Below, one piece after another: positions 13,586-26,491 of a stretch of 64,000 nucleotides of DNA. The translations under genes and the position numbers were made by a program. The number at the start of each line of letters is the position of its first letter. Positions within the stretch are counted from its first letter, which is position 1. This DNA comes from the human T2T-CHM13v2.0 reference genome, Homo sapiens, in NCBI RefSeq assembly GCF_009914755.1, contig NC_060936.1; one strand, written 5' to 3'. A model generated the notes under the pieces. That model saw only the letters and a program-made list of their open reading frames with translations. It was not told where the DNA came from and did no database searches.

Positions 13586-14944
13586 ACAGAGTGTTTCCAA
13601 ACTGCTCCATCAAAAGAAAGGTTAAACTCCTTGAGTTGAACACACACATCACAAAGTAGTTTCTGTGAATGATTCTGTCTAGTTTTTATACGAAGATGTT
13701 TCCTTTTCTACCTTTGGTCTCAAAGCGATTGAAATCTCCACATGGAAACTCCACAAAAAGAGTGTTTCAAATCTGCTCTTTCTGAAGGAAGGTTCAACTC
13801 TGTGAGTTGAATACACACACCACAAATAAGTTACTGAGAATTCTTCTGTGTAACATTATATGAGGAAATCCCGTTTCCAACGAAGGCCTCAAAGAGGTCC
13901 AAATATCCACTTGCAGACTTTACAAAGACAGTGTCTCCAAACTCCTCCATCAAAAGAAAGGTTATACTCTGTGAATTGAATGCACACATCACAAAGTAGT
14001 TTCTGAGAATGATTCTGTCTAGTTTTTATACGAAGATATTTCCTTTTCTACATTTGGCCTAAAAGCGCTTGAAATCTCCACCTGCAAATATCACAAAAAG
14101 AGGGTTTCACATCTGCTCTGTCTAAAGGACAGTTCACCTCTGTGAGTTGAATAGAGGCAACACAAAGAACTTACTCAGTATTCTTCTTTCTAGCATTCTA
14201 TGAAGAAATCCCGTTTCCAACGAAGGCCCCAAAGAGGTCCAAATATCTGCTTGCAGACTTTACAGACAGAGTTTTTCCAAACTGCTCCATCAAAAGAAAG
14301 GTTAAACTCCTTGAGTTGAACACACACATCACAAAGTAGTTTCTGTGAATGATTCTGTCTAGTTTTTATAAGAAGATGTTTCCTTTTCTACCTTTGGTCT
14401 CAAAGCGATTGAAATCTCCACATGGAAACTCCTCAAAAAGAGTGTTTCAAATCTGCTCTTTCTGAAGGAAGGTTCAACTCTGTGAGTTGAATACACACAC
14501 CACAAATAAGTTACTGAGAATTCTTCTGTGTAACATTATATGAGGAAATCCCGTTTCCAACGAAGGCCTCAAAGAGGTCCAAATATCCACTTGCGGACAT
14601 TACAAACAGTGTGTTTCCCAACTGCTCCATCAAAAGAAAGGTTAAACTCTGTGAGCTGAACACACACATCAAAAAGAAGTTTCTGTGAATGATTCTGTCT
14701 AGATTTTATAAGAAGATGTTTCCTTTTCTACCGTAGGCCTCAAAGCGCTTGAAATCTCCAGCTGCAAATTCCACAAAAAGGGTGTTTAACATCTGCTCTT
14801 CTAAAGGAAAGTTCAACTCTATGAGTTGAATACACACAGCACAAAGAAGTTACTGAGACTTCTCCTATCAAACATTATATGAAGAAATCCCGTTTCCAAC
14901 GAAGGCCTCAAAGAGGTCCAAATGTCTGCTTGCAGACTTTACAG
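13586..14944 (-). repeat. Structural-variant HOR AB-AD
   Basis: A 13586, B 13926 (gaatgcac), variant A 14266, D 14606. Confidence 0.93.
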
Positions 14945-16301
14945 ACAGAGTGTTCCAAACTGCTCCATCAAAAGAAAGGTTAAACTCCTTGAGTTGAACA
15001 CACACATCACAAAGTAGTTTCTGTGAATGATTCTGTCTAGTTTTTATACGAAGATGTTTCCTTTTCTACCTTTGGTCTCAAAGCGATTGAAATCTCCACA
15101 TGGAAACTCCACAAAAAGAGTGTTTCAAATCTGCTCTTTCTGAAGGAAGGTTCAACTCTGTGAGTTGAATACACACACCACAAATAAGTTACTGAGAATT
15201 CTTCTGTGTAACATTATATGAGGAAATCCCGTTTCCAACGAAGGCCTCAAAGAGGTCCAAATATCCACTTGCAGACTTTACAAAGACAGTGTCTCCAAAC
15301 TCCTCCATCAAAAGAAAGGTTATACTCTGTGAATTGAACGCACACATCACAAAGTAGTTTCTGAGAATGATTCTGTCTAGTTTTTATACGAAGATATTTC
15401 CTTTTCTACATTTGGCCTAAAAGCGCTTGAAATCTCCACCTGCAAATATCACAAAAAGAGGGTTTCACATCTGCTCTGTCTAAAGGACAGTTCACCTCTG
15501 TGAGTTGAATAGAGGCAACACAAAGAACTTACTCAGTATTCTTCTTTCTAGCATTCTATGAAGAAATCCCGTTTCCAACGAAGGCCTCAAAGAGGTCAAA
15601 TATCTGCTTGCAGACTTTACAGACAGAGTGTTTCCAAACTACTCTATGAAAAGAAAGCTTAAACTCCTTGAGTTGAACGCACACATCACAAAGTAGTTTC
15701 TGAGAATGATTCTGTCTAGTTTTTATACGAAGATGTTTCCTTTTCTACATTTGGTCTCAAAGCTCTTGAAATCTCCAACTGGAAACTGCACAAATAGGCT
15801 GTTTCAAATCTGCTCTGTCTAAAGGAAGGTTCAACTCTGTGAGTTGAATACACACACCACAAATAAGTTACTGAGAATTCTTCTGTCGAACATTACTTGA
15901 AGAAATCCCGTTTCCAACGAAGGCCTCAAAGAGGTCCAAATATCCACTTGCAGACGTTACAAACAGAGTGTTTCCAAACTGCTCCATCAAAAGAAAGGTT
16001 AAACTCTGTGAGCTGAACACACACATCAAAAAGAAGTTTCTGTGAATGATTCTGTCTAGATTTTATAAGAAGATGTTTCCTTTTCTACCGTAGGCCTCAA
16101 AGCGCTTGAAGTCTCCAGCTGCAAATTCCACAAAAAGGGTGTTTAACATCTGCTCTTCTAAAGGAAAGTTCAACTCTATGAGTTGAATACACACAGCACA
16201 AAGAAGTTACTGAGACTTCTCCTATCAAACATTATATGAAGAAATCCCGTTTCCAACGAAGGCCTCAAAGAGGTCCAAATATCTGCTTGCAGACTTTACA
16301 G

Positions 16302-18340
16302 ACAGAGTGTTTCCAAACTGCTCCATCAAAAGAAAGGTTAAACTCCTTGAGTTGAACACACACATCACAAAGTAGTTTCTGTGAATGATTCTGTCTAGTT
16401 TTTATACGAAGATGTTTCCTTTTCTACCTTTGGTCTCAAAGCGATTGAAATCTCCACATGGAAACTCCACAAAAAGAGTGTTTCAAATCTGCTCTTTCTG
16501 AAGGAAGGTTCAACTCTGTGAGTTGAATACACACACCACAAATAAGTTACTGAGAATTCTTCTGTGTAACATTATATGAGGAAATCCCGTTTCCAACGAA
16601 GGCCTCAAAGAGGTCCAAATATCCACTTGCAGACTTTACAAAGACAGTGTCTCCAAACTCCTCCATCAAAAGAAAGGTTATACTCTGTGAATTGAACGCA
16701 TACATCACAAAGTAGTTTCTGAGAATGATTCTGTCTAGTTTTTATACGAAGATATTTCCTTTTCTACATTTGGCCTAAAAGCGCTTGAAATCTCCACCTG
16801 CAAATATCACAAAAAGAGGGTTTCACATCTGCTCTGTCTAAAGGACAGTTCACCTCTGTGAGTTGAATAGAGGCAACACAAAGAACTTACTCAGTATTCT
16901 TCTTTCTAGCATTCTATGAAGAAATCCCGTTTCCAACGAAGGCCTCAAAGAGGTCCAAATATCTGCTTGCAGACTTTACAGACAGAGTTTTTCCAAACTG
17001 CTCCATCAAAAGAAAGGTTAAACTCCTTGAGTTGAACACACACATCACAAAGTAGTTTCTGTGAATGATTCTGTCTAGTTTTTATACGAAGATGTTTCCT
17101 TTTCTACCTTTGGTCTCAAAGCGATTGAAATCTCCACATGGAAACTCCACAAAAAGAGTGTTTCAAATCTGCTCTTTCTGAAGGAAGGTTCAACTCTGTG
17201 AGTTGAATACACACACCACAAATAAGTTACTGAGAATTCTTCTGTGTAACATTATATGAGGAAATCCCGTTTCCAACGAAGGCCTCAAAGAGGTCCAAAT
17301 ATCCACTTGCAGACTTTACAAAGACAGTGTCTCCAAACTCCTCCATCAAAAGAAAGGTTATACTCTGTGAATTGAACGCACACATCACAAAGTAGTTTCT
17401 GAGAATGATTCTGTCTAGTTTTTATACGAAGATATTTCCTTTTCTACATTTGGCCTAAAAGCGCTTGAAATCTCCACCTGCAAATATCACAAAAAGAGGG
17501 TTTCACATCTGCTCTGTCTAAAGGACAGTTCACCTCTGTGAGTTGAATAGAGGCAACACAAAGAACTTACTCAGTATTCTTCTTTCTAGCATTCTATGAA
17601 GAAATCCCGTTTCCAACGAAGGCCCCAAAGAGGTCCAAATATCTGCTTGCAGACTTTACAGACAGAGTTTTTCCAAACTGCTCCATCAAAAGAAAGGTTA
17701 AACTCCTTGAGTTGAACACACACATCACAAAGTAGTTTCTGTGAATGATTCTGTCTAGTTTTTATAAGAAGATGTTTCCTTTTCTACCTTTGGTCTCAAA
17801 GCGATTGAAATCTCCACATGGAAACTCCTCAAAAAGAGTGTTTCAAATCTGCTCTTTCTGAAGGAAGGTTCAACTCTGTGAGTTGAATACACAAACCACA
17901 AATAAGTTACTGAGATTTCTTCTGTGTAACATTATATGAGGAAATCCCGTTTCCAACGAAGGCCTCAAAGAGGTCCAAATATCCACTTGCGGACATTACA
18001 AACAGTGTGTTTCCCAACTGCTCCATCAAAAGAAAGGTTAAACTCTGTGAGCTGAACACACACATCAAAAAGAAGTTTCTGTGAATGATTCTGTCTAGAT
18101 TTTATAAGAAGATGTTTCCTTTTCTACCGTAGGCCTCAAAGCGCTTGAAATCTCCAGCTGCAAATTCCACAAAAAGGGTGTTTAACATCTGCTCTTCTAA
18201 AGGAAAGTTCAACTCTATGAGTTGAATACACACAGCACAAAGAAGTTACTGAGACTTCTCCTATCAAACATTATATGAAGAAATCCCGTTTCCAACGAAG
18301 GCCTCAAAGAGGTCCAAATGTCTGCTTGCAGACTTTACAG
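16302..18340 (-). repeat. Structural-variant HOR block AB-AB-AD
   Basis: A 16302, B 16642, A 16982, B 17322, A 17662, D 18002. Confidence 0.93.
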
Positions 18341-19698
18341 ACAGAGTGTTTCCAAACTGCTCCATCAAAAGAAAGGTTAAACTCCTTGAGTTGAACACAC
18401 ACATCACAAAGTAGTTTCTGTGAATGATTCTGTCTAGTTTTTATACGAAGATGTTTCCTTTTCTACCTTTGGTCTCAAAGCGATTGAAATCTCCACATGG
18501 AAACTCCACAAAAAGAGTGTTTCAAATCTGCTCTTTCTGAAGGAAGGTTCAACTCTGTGAGTTGAATACACACACCACAAATAAGTTACTGAGAATTCTT
18601 CTGTGTAACATTATATGAGGAAATCCCGTTTCCAACGAAGGCCTCAAAGAGGTCCAAATATCCACTTGCAGACTTTACAAAGACAGTGTCTCCAAACTCC
18701 TCCATCAAAAGAAAGGTTATACTCTGTGAATTGAACGCACACATCACAAAGTAGTTTCTGAGAATGATTCTGTCTAGTTTTTATACGAAGATATTTCCTT
18801 TTCTACATTTGGCCTAAAAGCGCTTGAAATCTCCACCTGCAAATATCACAAAAAGAGGGTTTCACATCTGCTCTGTCTAAAGGACAGTTCACCTCTGTGA
18901 GTTGAATAGAGGCAACACAAAGAACTTACTCAGTATTCTTCTTTCTAGCGTTCTATGAAGAAATCCCGTTTCCAACGAAGGCCTCAAAGAGGTCAAATAT
19001 CTGCTTGCAGACTTTACAGACAGAGTGTTTCCAAACTACTCTATGAAAAGAAAGCTTAAACTCCTTGAGTTGAACGCACACATCACAAAGTAGTTTCTGA
19101 GAATGATTCTGTCTAGTTTTTATACGAAGATGTTTCCTTTTCTACATTTGGTCTCAAAGCTCTTGAAATCTCCAACTGGAAACTGCACAAATAGGCTGTT
19201 TCAAATCTGCTCTGTCTAAAGGAAGGTTCAACTCTGTGAGTTGAATACACACACCACAAATAAGTTACTGAGAATTCTTCTGTCGAACATTACTTGAAGA
19301 AATCCCGTTTCCAACGAAGGCCTCAAAGAGGTCCAAATATCCACTTGCAGACGTTACAAACAGAGTGTTTCCAAACTGCTCCATCAAAAGAAAGGTTAAA
19401 CTCTGTGAGCTGAACACACACATCAAAAAGAAGTTTCTGTGAATGATTCTGTCTAGATTTTATAAGAAGATGTTTCCTTTTCTACCGTAGGCCTCAAAGC
19501 GCTTGAAATCTCCAGCTGCAAATTCCACAAAAAGGGTGTTTAACATCTGCTCTTCTAAAGGAAAGTTCAACTCTATGAGTTGAATACACACAGCACAAAG
19601 AAGTTACTGAGACTTCTCCTATCAAACATTATATGAAGAAATCCCGTTTCCAACGAAGGCCTCAAAGAGGTCCAAATATCTGCTTGCAGACTTTACAG

Positions 19699-21736
19699 AC
19701 AGAGTGTTTCCAAACTGCTCCATCAAAAGAAAGGTTAAACTCCTTGAGTTGAACACACACATCACAAAGTAGTTTCTGTGAATGATTCTGTCTAGTTTTT
19801 ATACGAAGATGTTTCCTTTTCTACCTTTGGTCTCAAAGCGATTGAAATCTCCACATGGAAACTCCACAAAAAGAGTGTTTCAAATCTGCTCTTTCTGAAG
19901 GAAGGTTCAACTCTGTGAGTTGAATACACACACCACAAATAAGTTACTGAGAATTCTTCTGTGTAACATTATATGAGGAAATCCCGTTTCCAACGAAGGC
20001 CTCAAAGAGGTCCAAATATCCACTTGCAGACTTTACAAAGACAGTGTCTCCAAACTCCTCCATCAAAAGAAAGGTTATACTCTGTGAATTGAACGCATAC
20101 ATCACAAAGTAGTTTCTGAGAATGATTCTGTCTAGTTTTTATACGAAGATATTTCCTTTTCTACATTTGGCCTAAAAGCGCTTGAAATCTCCACCTGCAA
20201 ATATCACAAAAAGAGGGTTTCACATCTGCTCTGTCTAAAGGACAGTTCACCTCTGTGAGTTGAATAGAGGCAACACAAAGAACTTACTCAGTATTCTTCT
20301 TTCTAGCATTCTATGAAGAAATCCCGTTTCCAACGAAGGCCTCAAAGAGGTCCAAATATCTGCTTGCAGACTTTACAGACAGAGTTTTTCCAAACTGCTC
20401 CATCAAAAGAAAGGTTAAACTCCTTGAGTTGAACACACACATCACAAAGTAGTTTCTGTGAATGATTCTGTCTAGTTTTTATACGAAGATGTTTCCTTTT
20501 CTACCTTTGGTCTCAAAGCGATTGAAATCTCCACATGGAAACTCCACAAAAAGAGTGTTTCAAATCTGCTCTTTCTGAAGGAAGGTTCAACTCTGTGAGT
20601 TGAATACACACACCACAAATAAGTTACTGAGAATTCTTCTGTGTAACATTATATGAGGAAATCCCGTTTCCAACGAAGGCCTCAAAGAGGTCCAAATATC
20701 CACTTGCAGACTTTACAAAGACAGTGTCTCCAAACTCCTCCATCAAAAGAAAGGTTATACTCTGTGAATTGAACGCACACATCACAAAGTAGTTTCTGAG
20801 AATGATTCTGTCTAGTTTTTATACGAAGATATTTCCTTTTCTACATTTGGCCTAAAAGCGCTTGAAATCTCCACCTGCAAATATCACAAAAAGAGGGTTT
20901 CACATCTGCTCTGTCTAAAGGACAGTTCACCTCTGTGAGTTGAATAGAGGCAACACAAAGAACTTACTCAGTATTCTTCTTTCTAGCGTTCTATGAAGAA
21001 ATCCCGTTTCCAACGAAGGCCTCAAAGAGGTCAAATATCTGCTTGCAGACTTTACAGACAGAGTGTTTCCAAACTACTCTATGAAAAGAAAGCTTAAACT
21101 CCTTGAGTTGAACGCACACATCACAAAGTAGTTTCTGAGAATGATTCTGTCTAGTTTTTATACGAAGATGTTTCCTTTTCTACATTTGGTCTCAAAGCGA
21201 TTGAAATCTCCAACTGGAAACTGCACAAATAGGCTGTTTCAAATCTGCTCTGTCTAAAGGAAGGTTCAGCTCTGTGAGTTGAATACACACACCACAAATA
21301 AGTTACTGAGAATTATTCTGTCGAACATTACAGGAAGAAATCCCGTTTCCAACGAAGGCCTCAAAGAGGTCCAAATATCCACTTGCAGACATTACAAACA
21401 GTGTGTTTCCCAACTGCTCCATCAAAAGAAAGGTTAAACTCTGTGAGCTGAACACACACATCAAAAAGAAGTTTCTGTGAATGATTCTGTCTAGATTTTA
21501 TAAGAAGATGTTTCCTTTTCTACCGTAGGCCTCAAAGCGCTTGAAATCTCCAGCTGCAAATTCCACAAAAAGGGTGTTTAACATCTGCTCTTCTAAAGGA
21601 AAGTTCAACTCTATGAGTTGAATACACACAGCACAAAGAAGTTACTGAGACTTCTCCTATCAAACATTATATGAAGAAATCCCGTTTCCAACGAAGGCCT
21701 CAAAGAGGTCCAAATATCTGCTTGCAGACTTTACAG
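19699..21736 (-). repeat. 12-mer variant AB-ABCD
   Basis: A 19699, B 20039, A 20379, B 20719, C 21058, D 21398. Confidence 0.92.
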
Positions 21737-23095
21737 ACAGAGTGTTTCCAAACTGCTCCATCAAAAGAAAGGTTAAACTCCTTGAGTTGAACACACACAT
21801 CACAAAGTAGTTTCTGTGAATGATTCTGTCTAGTTTTTATACGAAGATGTTTCCTTTTCTACCTTTGGTCTCAAAGCGATTGAAATCTCCACATGGAAAC
21901 TCCACAAAAAGAGTGTTTCAAATCTGCTCTTTCTGAAGGAAGGTTCAACTCTGTGAGTTGAATACACACACCACAAATAAGTTACTGAGAATTCTTCTGT
22001 GTAACATTATATGAGGAAATCCCGTTTCCAACGAAGGCCTCAAAGAGGTCCAAATATCCACTTGCAGACTTTACAAAGACAGTGTCTCCAAACTCCTCCA
22101 TCAAAAGAAAGGTTATACTCTGTGAATTGAACGCACACATCACAAAGTAGTTTCTGAGAATGATTCTGTCTAGTTTTTATACGAAGATATTTCCTTTTCT
22201 ACATTTGGCCTAAAAGCGCTTGAAATCTCCACCTGCAAATATCACAAAAAGAGGGTTTCACATCTGCTCTGTCTAAAGGACAGTTCACCTCTGTGAGTTG
22301 AATAGAGGCAACACAAGGAACTTACTCAGTATTCTTCTTTCTAGCATTCTATGAAGAAATCCCGTTTCCAACGAAGGCCCCAAAGAGATCCAAATATCTG
22401 CTTGCAGACTTTACAGACAGAGTTTTTCCAAACTGCTCCATCAAAAGAAAGGTTAAACTCCTTGAGTTGAACACACACATCACAAAGTAGTTTCTGTGAA
22501 TGATTCTGTCTAGTTTTTATACGAAGATGTTTCCTTTTCTACCTTTGGTCTCAAAGCGATTGAAATCTCCACATGGAAACTCCTCAAAAAGAGTGTTTCA
22601 AATCTGCTCTTTCTGAAGGAAGGTTCAACTCTGTGAGTTGAATACACAAACCACAAATAAGTTACTGAGAATTCTTCTGTGTAACATTATATGAGGAAAT
22701 CCCGTTTCCAACGAAGGCCTCAAAGAGGTCCAAATATCCACTTGCGGACATTACAAACAGTGTGTTTCCCAACTGCTCCATCAAAAGAAAGGTTAAACTC
22801 TGTGAGCTGAACACACACATCAAAAAGAAGTTTCTGTGAATGATTCTGTCTAGATTTTATAAGAAGATGTTTCCTTTTCTACCGTAGGCCTCAAAGCGCT
22901 TGAAATCTCCAGCTGCAAATTCCACAAAAAGGGTGTTTAACATCTGCTCTTCTAAAGGAAAGTTCAACTCTATGAGTTGAATACACACAGCACAAAGAAG
23001 TTACTGAGACTTCTCCTATCAAACATTATATGAAGAAATCCCGTTTCCAACGAAGGCCTCAAAGAGGTCCAAATGTCTGCTTGCAGACTTTACAG
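21737..23095 (-). repeat. Structural-variant HOR AB-AD
   Basis: A 21737, B 22077 (caaggaac, ggccccaaagagatcc), variant A 22417, D 22757. Confidence 0.92.
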
Positions 23096-24453
23096 ACAGA
23101 GTGTTTCCAAACTGCTCCATCAAAAGAAAGGTTAAACTCCTTGAGTTGAACACACACATCACAAAGTAGTTTCTGTGAATGATTCTGTCTAGTTTTTATA
23201 CGAAGATGTTTCCTTTTCTACCTTTGGTCTCAAAGCGATTGAAATCTCCACATGGAAACTCCACAAAAAGAGTGTTTCAAATCTGCTCTTTCTGAAGGAA
23301 GGTTCAACTCTGTGAGTTGAATACACACACCACAAATAAGTTACTGAGAATTCTTCTGTGTAACATTATATGAGGAAATCCCGTTTCCAACGAAGGCCTC
23401 AAAGAGGTCCAAATATCCACTTGCAGACTTTACAAAGACAGTGTCTCCAAACTCCTCCATCAAAAGAAAGGTTATACTCTGTGAATTGAACGCACACATC
23501 ACAAAGTAGTTTCTGAGAATGATTCTGTCTAGTTTTTATACGAAGATATTTCCTTTTCTACATTTGGCCTAAAAGCGCTTGAAATCTCCACCTGCAAATA
23601 TCACAAAAAGAGGGTTTCACATCTGCTCTGTCTAAAGGACAGTTCACCTCTGTGAGTTGAATAGAGGCAACACAAAGAACTTACTCAGTATTCTTCTTTC
23701 TAGCGTTCTATGAAGAAATCCCGTTTCCAACGAAGGCCTCAAAGAGGTCAAATATCTGCTTGCAGACTTTACAGACAGAGTGTTTCCAAACTACTCTATG
23801 AAAAGAAAGCTTAAACTCCTTGAGTTGAACGCACACATCACAAAGTAGTTTCTGAGAATGATTCTGTCTAGTTTTTATACGAAGATGTTTCCTTTTCTAC
23901 ATTTGGTCTCAAAGCTCTTGAAATCTCCAACTGGAAACTGCACAAATAGGCTGTTTCAAATCTGCTCTGTCTAAAGGAAGGTTCAACTCTGTGAGTTGAA
24001 TACACACACCACAAATAAGTTACTGAGAATTCTTCTGTCGAACATTACTTGAAGAAATCCCGTTTCCAACGAAGGCCTCAAAGAGGTCCAAATATCCACT
24101 TGCAGACGTTACAAACAGAGTGTTTCCAAACTGCTCCATCAAAAGAAAGGTTAAACTCTGTGAGCTGAACACACACATCAAAAAGAAGTTTCTGTGAATG
24201 ATTCTGTCTAGATTTTATAAGAAGATGTTTCCTTTTCTACCGTAGGCCTCAAAGCGCTTGAAATCTCCAGCTGCAAATTCCACAAAAAGGGTGTTTAACA
24301 TCTGCTCTTCTAAAGGAAAGTTCAACTCTATGAGTTGAATACACACAGCACAAAGAAGTTACTGAGACTTCTCCTATCAAACATTATATGAAGAAATCCC
24401 GTTTCCAACGAAGGCCTCAAAGAGGTCCAAATATCTGCTTGCAGACTTTACAG

Positions 24454-26491
24454 ACAGAGTGTTTCCAAACTGCTCCATCAAAAGAAAGGTTAAACTCCTT
24501 GAGTTGAACACACACATCACAAAGTAGTTTCTGTGAATGATTCTGTCTAGTTTTTATACGAAGATGTTTCCTTTTCTACCTTTGGTCTCAAAGCGATTGA
24601 AATCTCCACATGGAAACTCCACAAAAAGAGTGTTTCAAATCTGCTCTTTCTGAAGGAAGGTTCAACTCTGTGAGTTGAATACACACACCACAAATAAGTT
24701 ACTGAGAATTCTTCTGTGTAACATTATATGAGGAAATCCCGTTTCCAACGAAGGCCTCAAAGAGGTCCAAATATCCACTTGCAGACTTTACAAAGACAGT
24801 GTCTCCAAACTCCTCCATCAAAAGAAAGGTTATACTCTGTGAATTGAACGCATACATCACAAAGTAGTTTCTGAGAATGATTCTGTCTAGTTTTTATACG
24901 AAGATATTTCCTTTTCTACATTTGGCCTAAAAGCGCTTGAAATCTCCACCTGCAAATATCACAAAAAGAGGGTTTCACATCTGCTCTGTCTAAAGGACAG
25001 TTCACCTCTGTGAGTTGAATAGAGGCAACACAAAGAACTTACTCAGTATTCTTCTTTCTAGCATTCTATGAAGAAATCCCGTTTCCAACGAAGGCCTCAA
25101 AGAGGTCCAAATATCTGCTTGCAGACATTACAGACAGAGTTTTTCCAAACTGCTCCATCAAAAGAAAGGTTAAACTCCTTGAGTTGAACACACACATCAC
25201 AAAGTAGTTTCTGTGAATGATTCTGTCTAGTTTTTATACGAAGATGTTTCCTTTTCTACCTTTGGTCTCAAAGCGATTGAAATCTCCACATGGAAACTCC
25301 ACAAAAAGAGTGTTTCAAATCTGCTCTTTCTGAAGGAAGGTTCAACTCTGTGAGTTGAATACACACACCACAAATAAGTTACTGAGAATTCTTCTGTGTA
25401 ACATTATATGAGGAAATCCCGTTTCCAACGAAGGCCTCAAAGAGGTCCAAATATCCACTTGCAGACTTTACAAAGACAGTGTCTCCAAACTCCTCCATCA
25501 AAAGAAAGGTTATACTCTGTGAATTGAACGCACACATCACAAAGTAGTTTCTGAGAATGATTCTGTCTAGTTTTTATACGAAGATATTTCCTTTTCTACA
25601 TTTGGCCTAAAAGCGCTTGAAATCTCCACCTGCAAATATCACAAAAAGAGGGTTTCACATCTGCTCTGTCTAAAGGACAGTTCACCTCTGTGAGTTGAAT
25701 AGAGGCAACACAAAGAACTTACTCAGTATTCTTCTTTCTAGCGTTCTATGAAGAAATCCCGTTTCCAACGAAGGCCTCAAAGAGGTCAAATATCTGCTTG
25801 CAGACTTTACAGACAGAGTGTTTCCAAACTACTCTATGAAAAGAAAGCTTAAACTCCTTGAGTTGAACGCACACATCACAAAGTAGTTTCTGAGAATGAT
25901 TCTGTCTAGTTTTTATACGAAGATGTTTCCTTTTCTACATTTGGTCTGAAAGCGATTGAAATCTCCAACTGGAAACTGCACAAATAGGCTGTTTCAAATC
26001 TGCTCTGTCTAAAGGAAGGTTCAGCTCTGTGAGTTGAATACACACACCACAAATAAGTTACTGAGAATTCTTCTGTCGAACATTACAGGAAGAAATCCCG
26101 TTTCCAATGAAGGCCTCAAAGAGGTCCAAATATCCACTTGCGGACATTACAAACAGTGTGTTTCCCAACTGCTCCATCAAAAGAAAGGTTAAACTCTGTG
26201 AGCTGAACACACACATCAAAAAGAAGTTTCTGTGAATGATTCTGTCTAGATTTTATAAGAAGATGTTTCCTTTTCTACCGTAGGCCTCAAAGCGCTTGAA
26301 ATCTCCAGCTGCAAATTCCACAAAAAGGGTGTTTAACATCTGCTCTTCTAAAGGAAAGTTCAACTCTATGAGTTCAATACACACAGCACAAAGAAGTTAC
26401 TGAGACTTCTCCTATCAAACATTATATGAAGAAATCCCGTTTCCAACGAAGGCCTCAAAGAGGTCCAAATATCTGCTTGCAGACTTTACAG
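24454..26491 (-). repeat. 12-mer variant AB-ABCD
   Basis: A 24454, B 24794, A 25134, B 25474, C 25813, D 26153. Confidence 0.92.

Noticed and set aside
14945-14960. 1-bp deletion (tgtttcc>tgttcc) at the start of a dimer A
   Set aside because: Singleton homopolymer indel that could be a sequencing error; no structural consequence beyond shifting the offset from 7472 to 7471.
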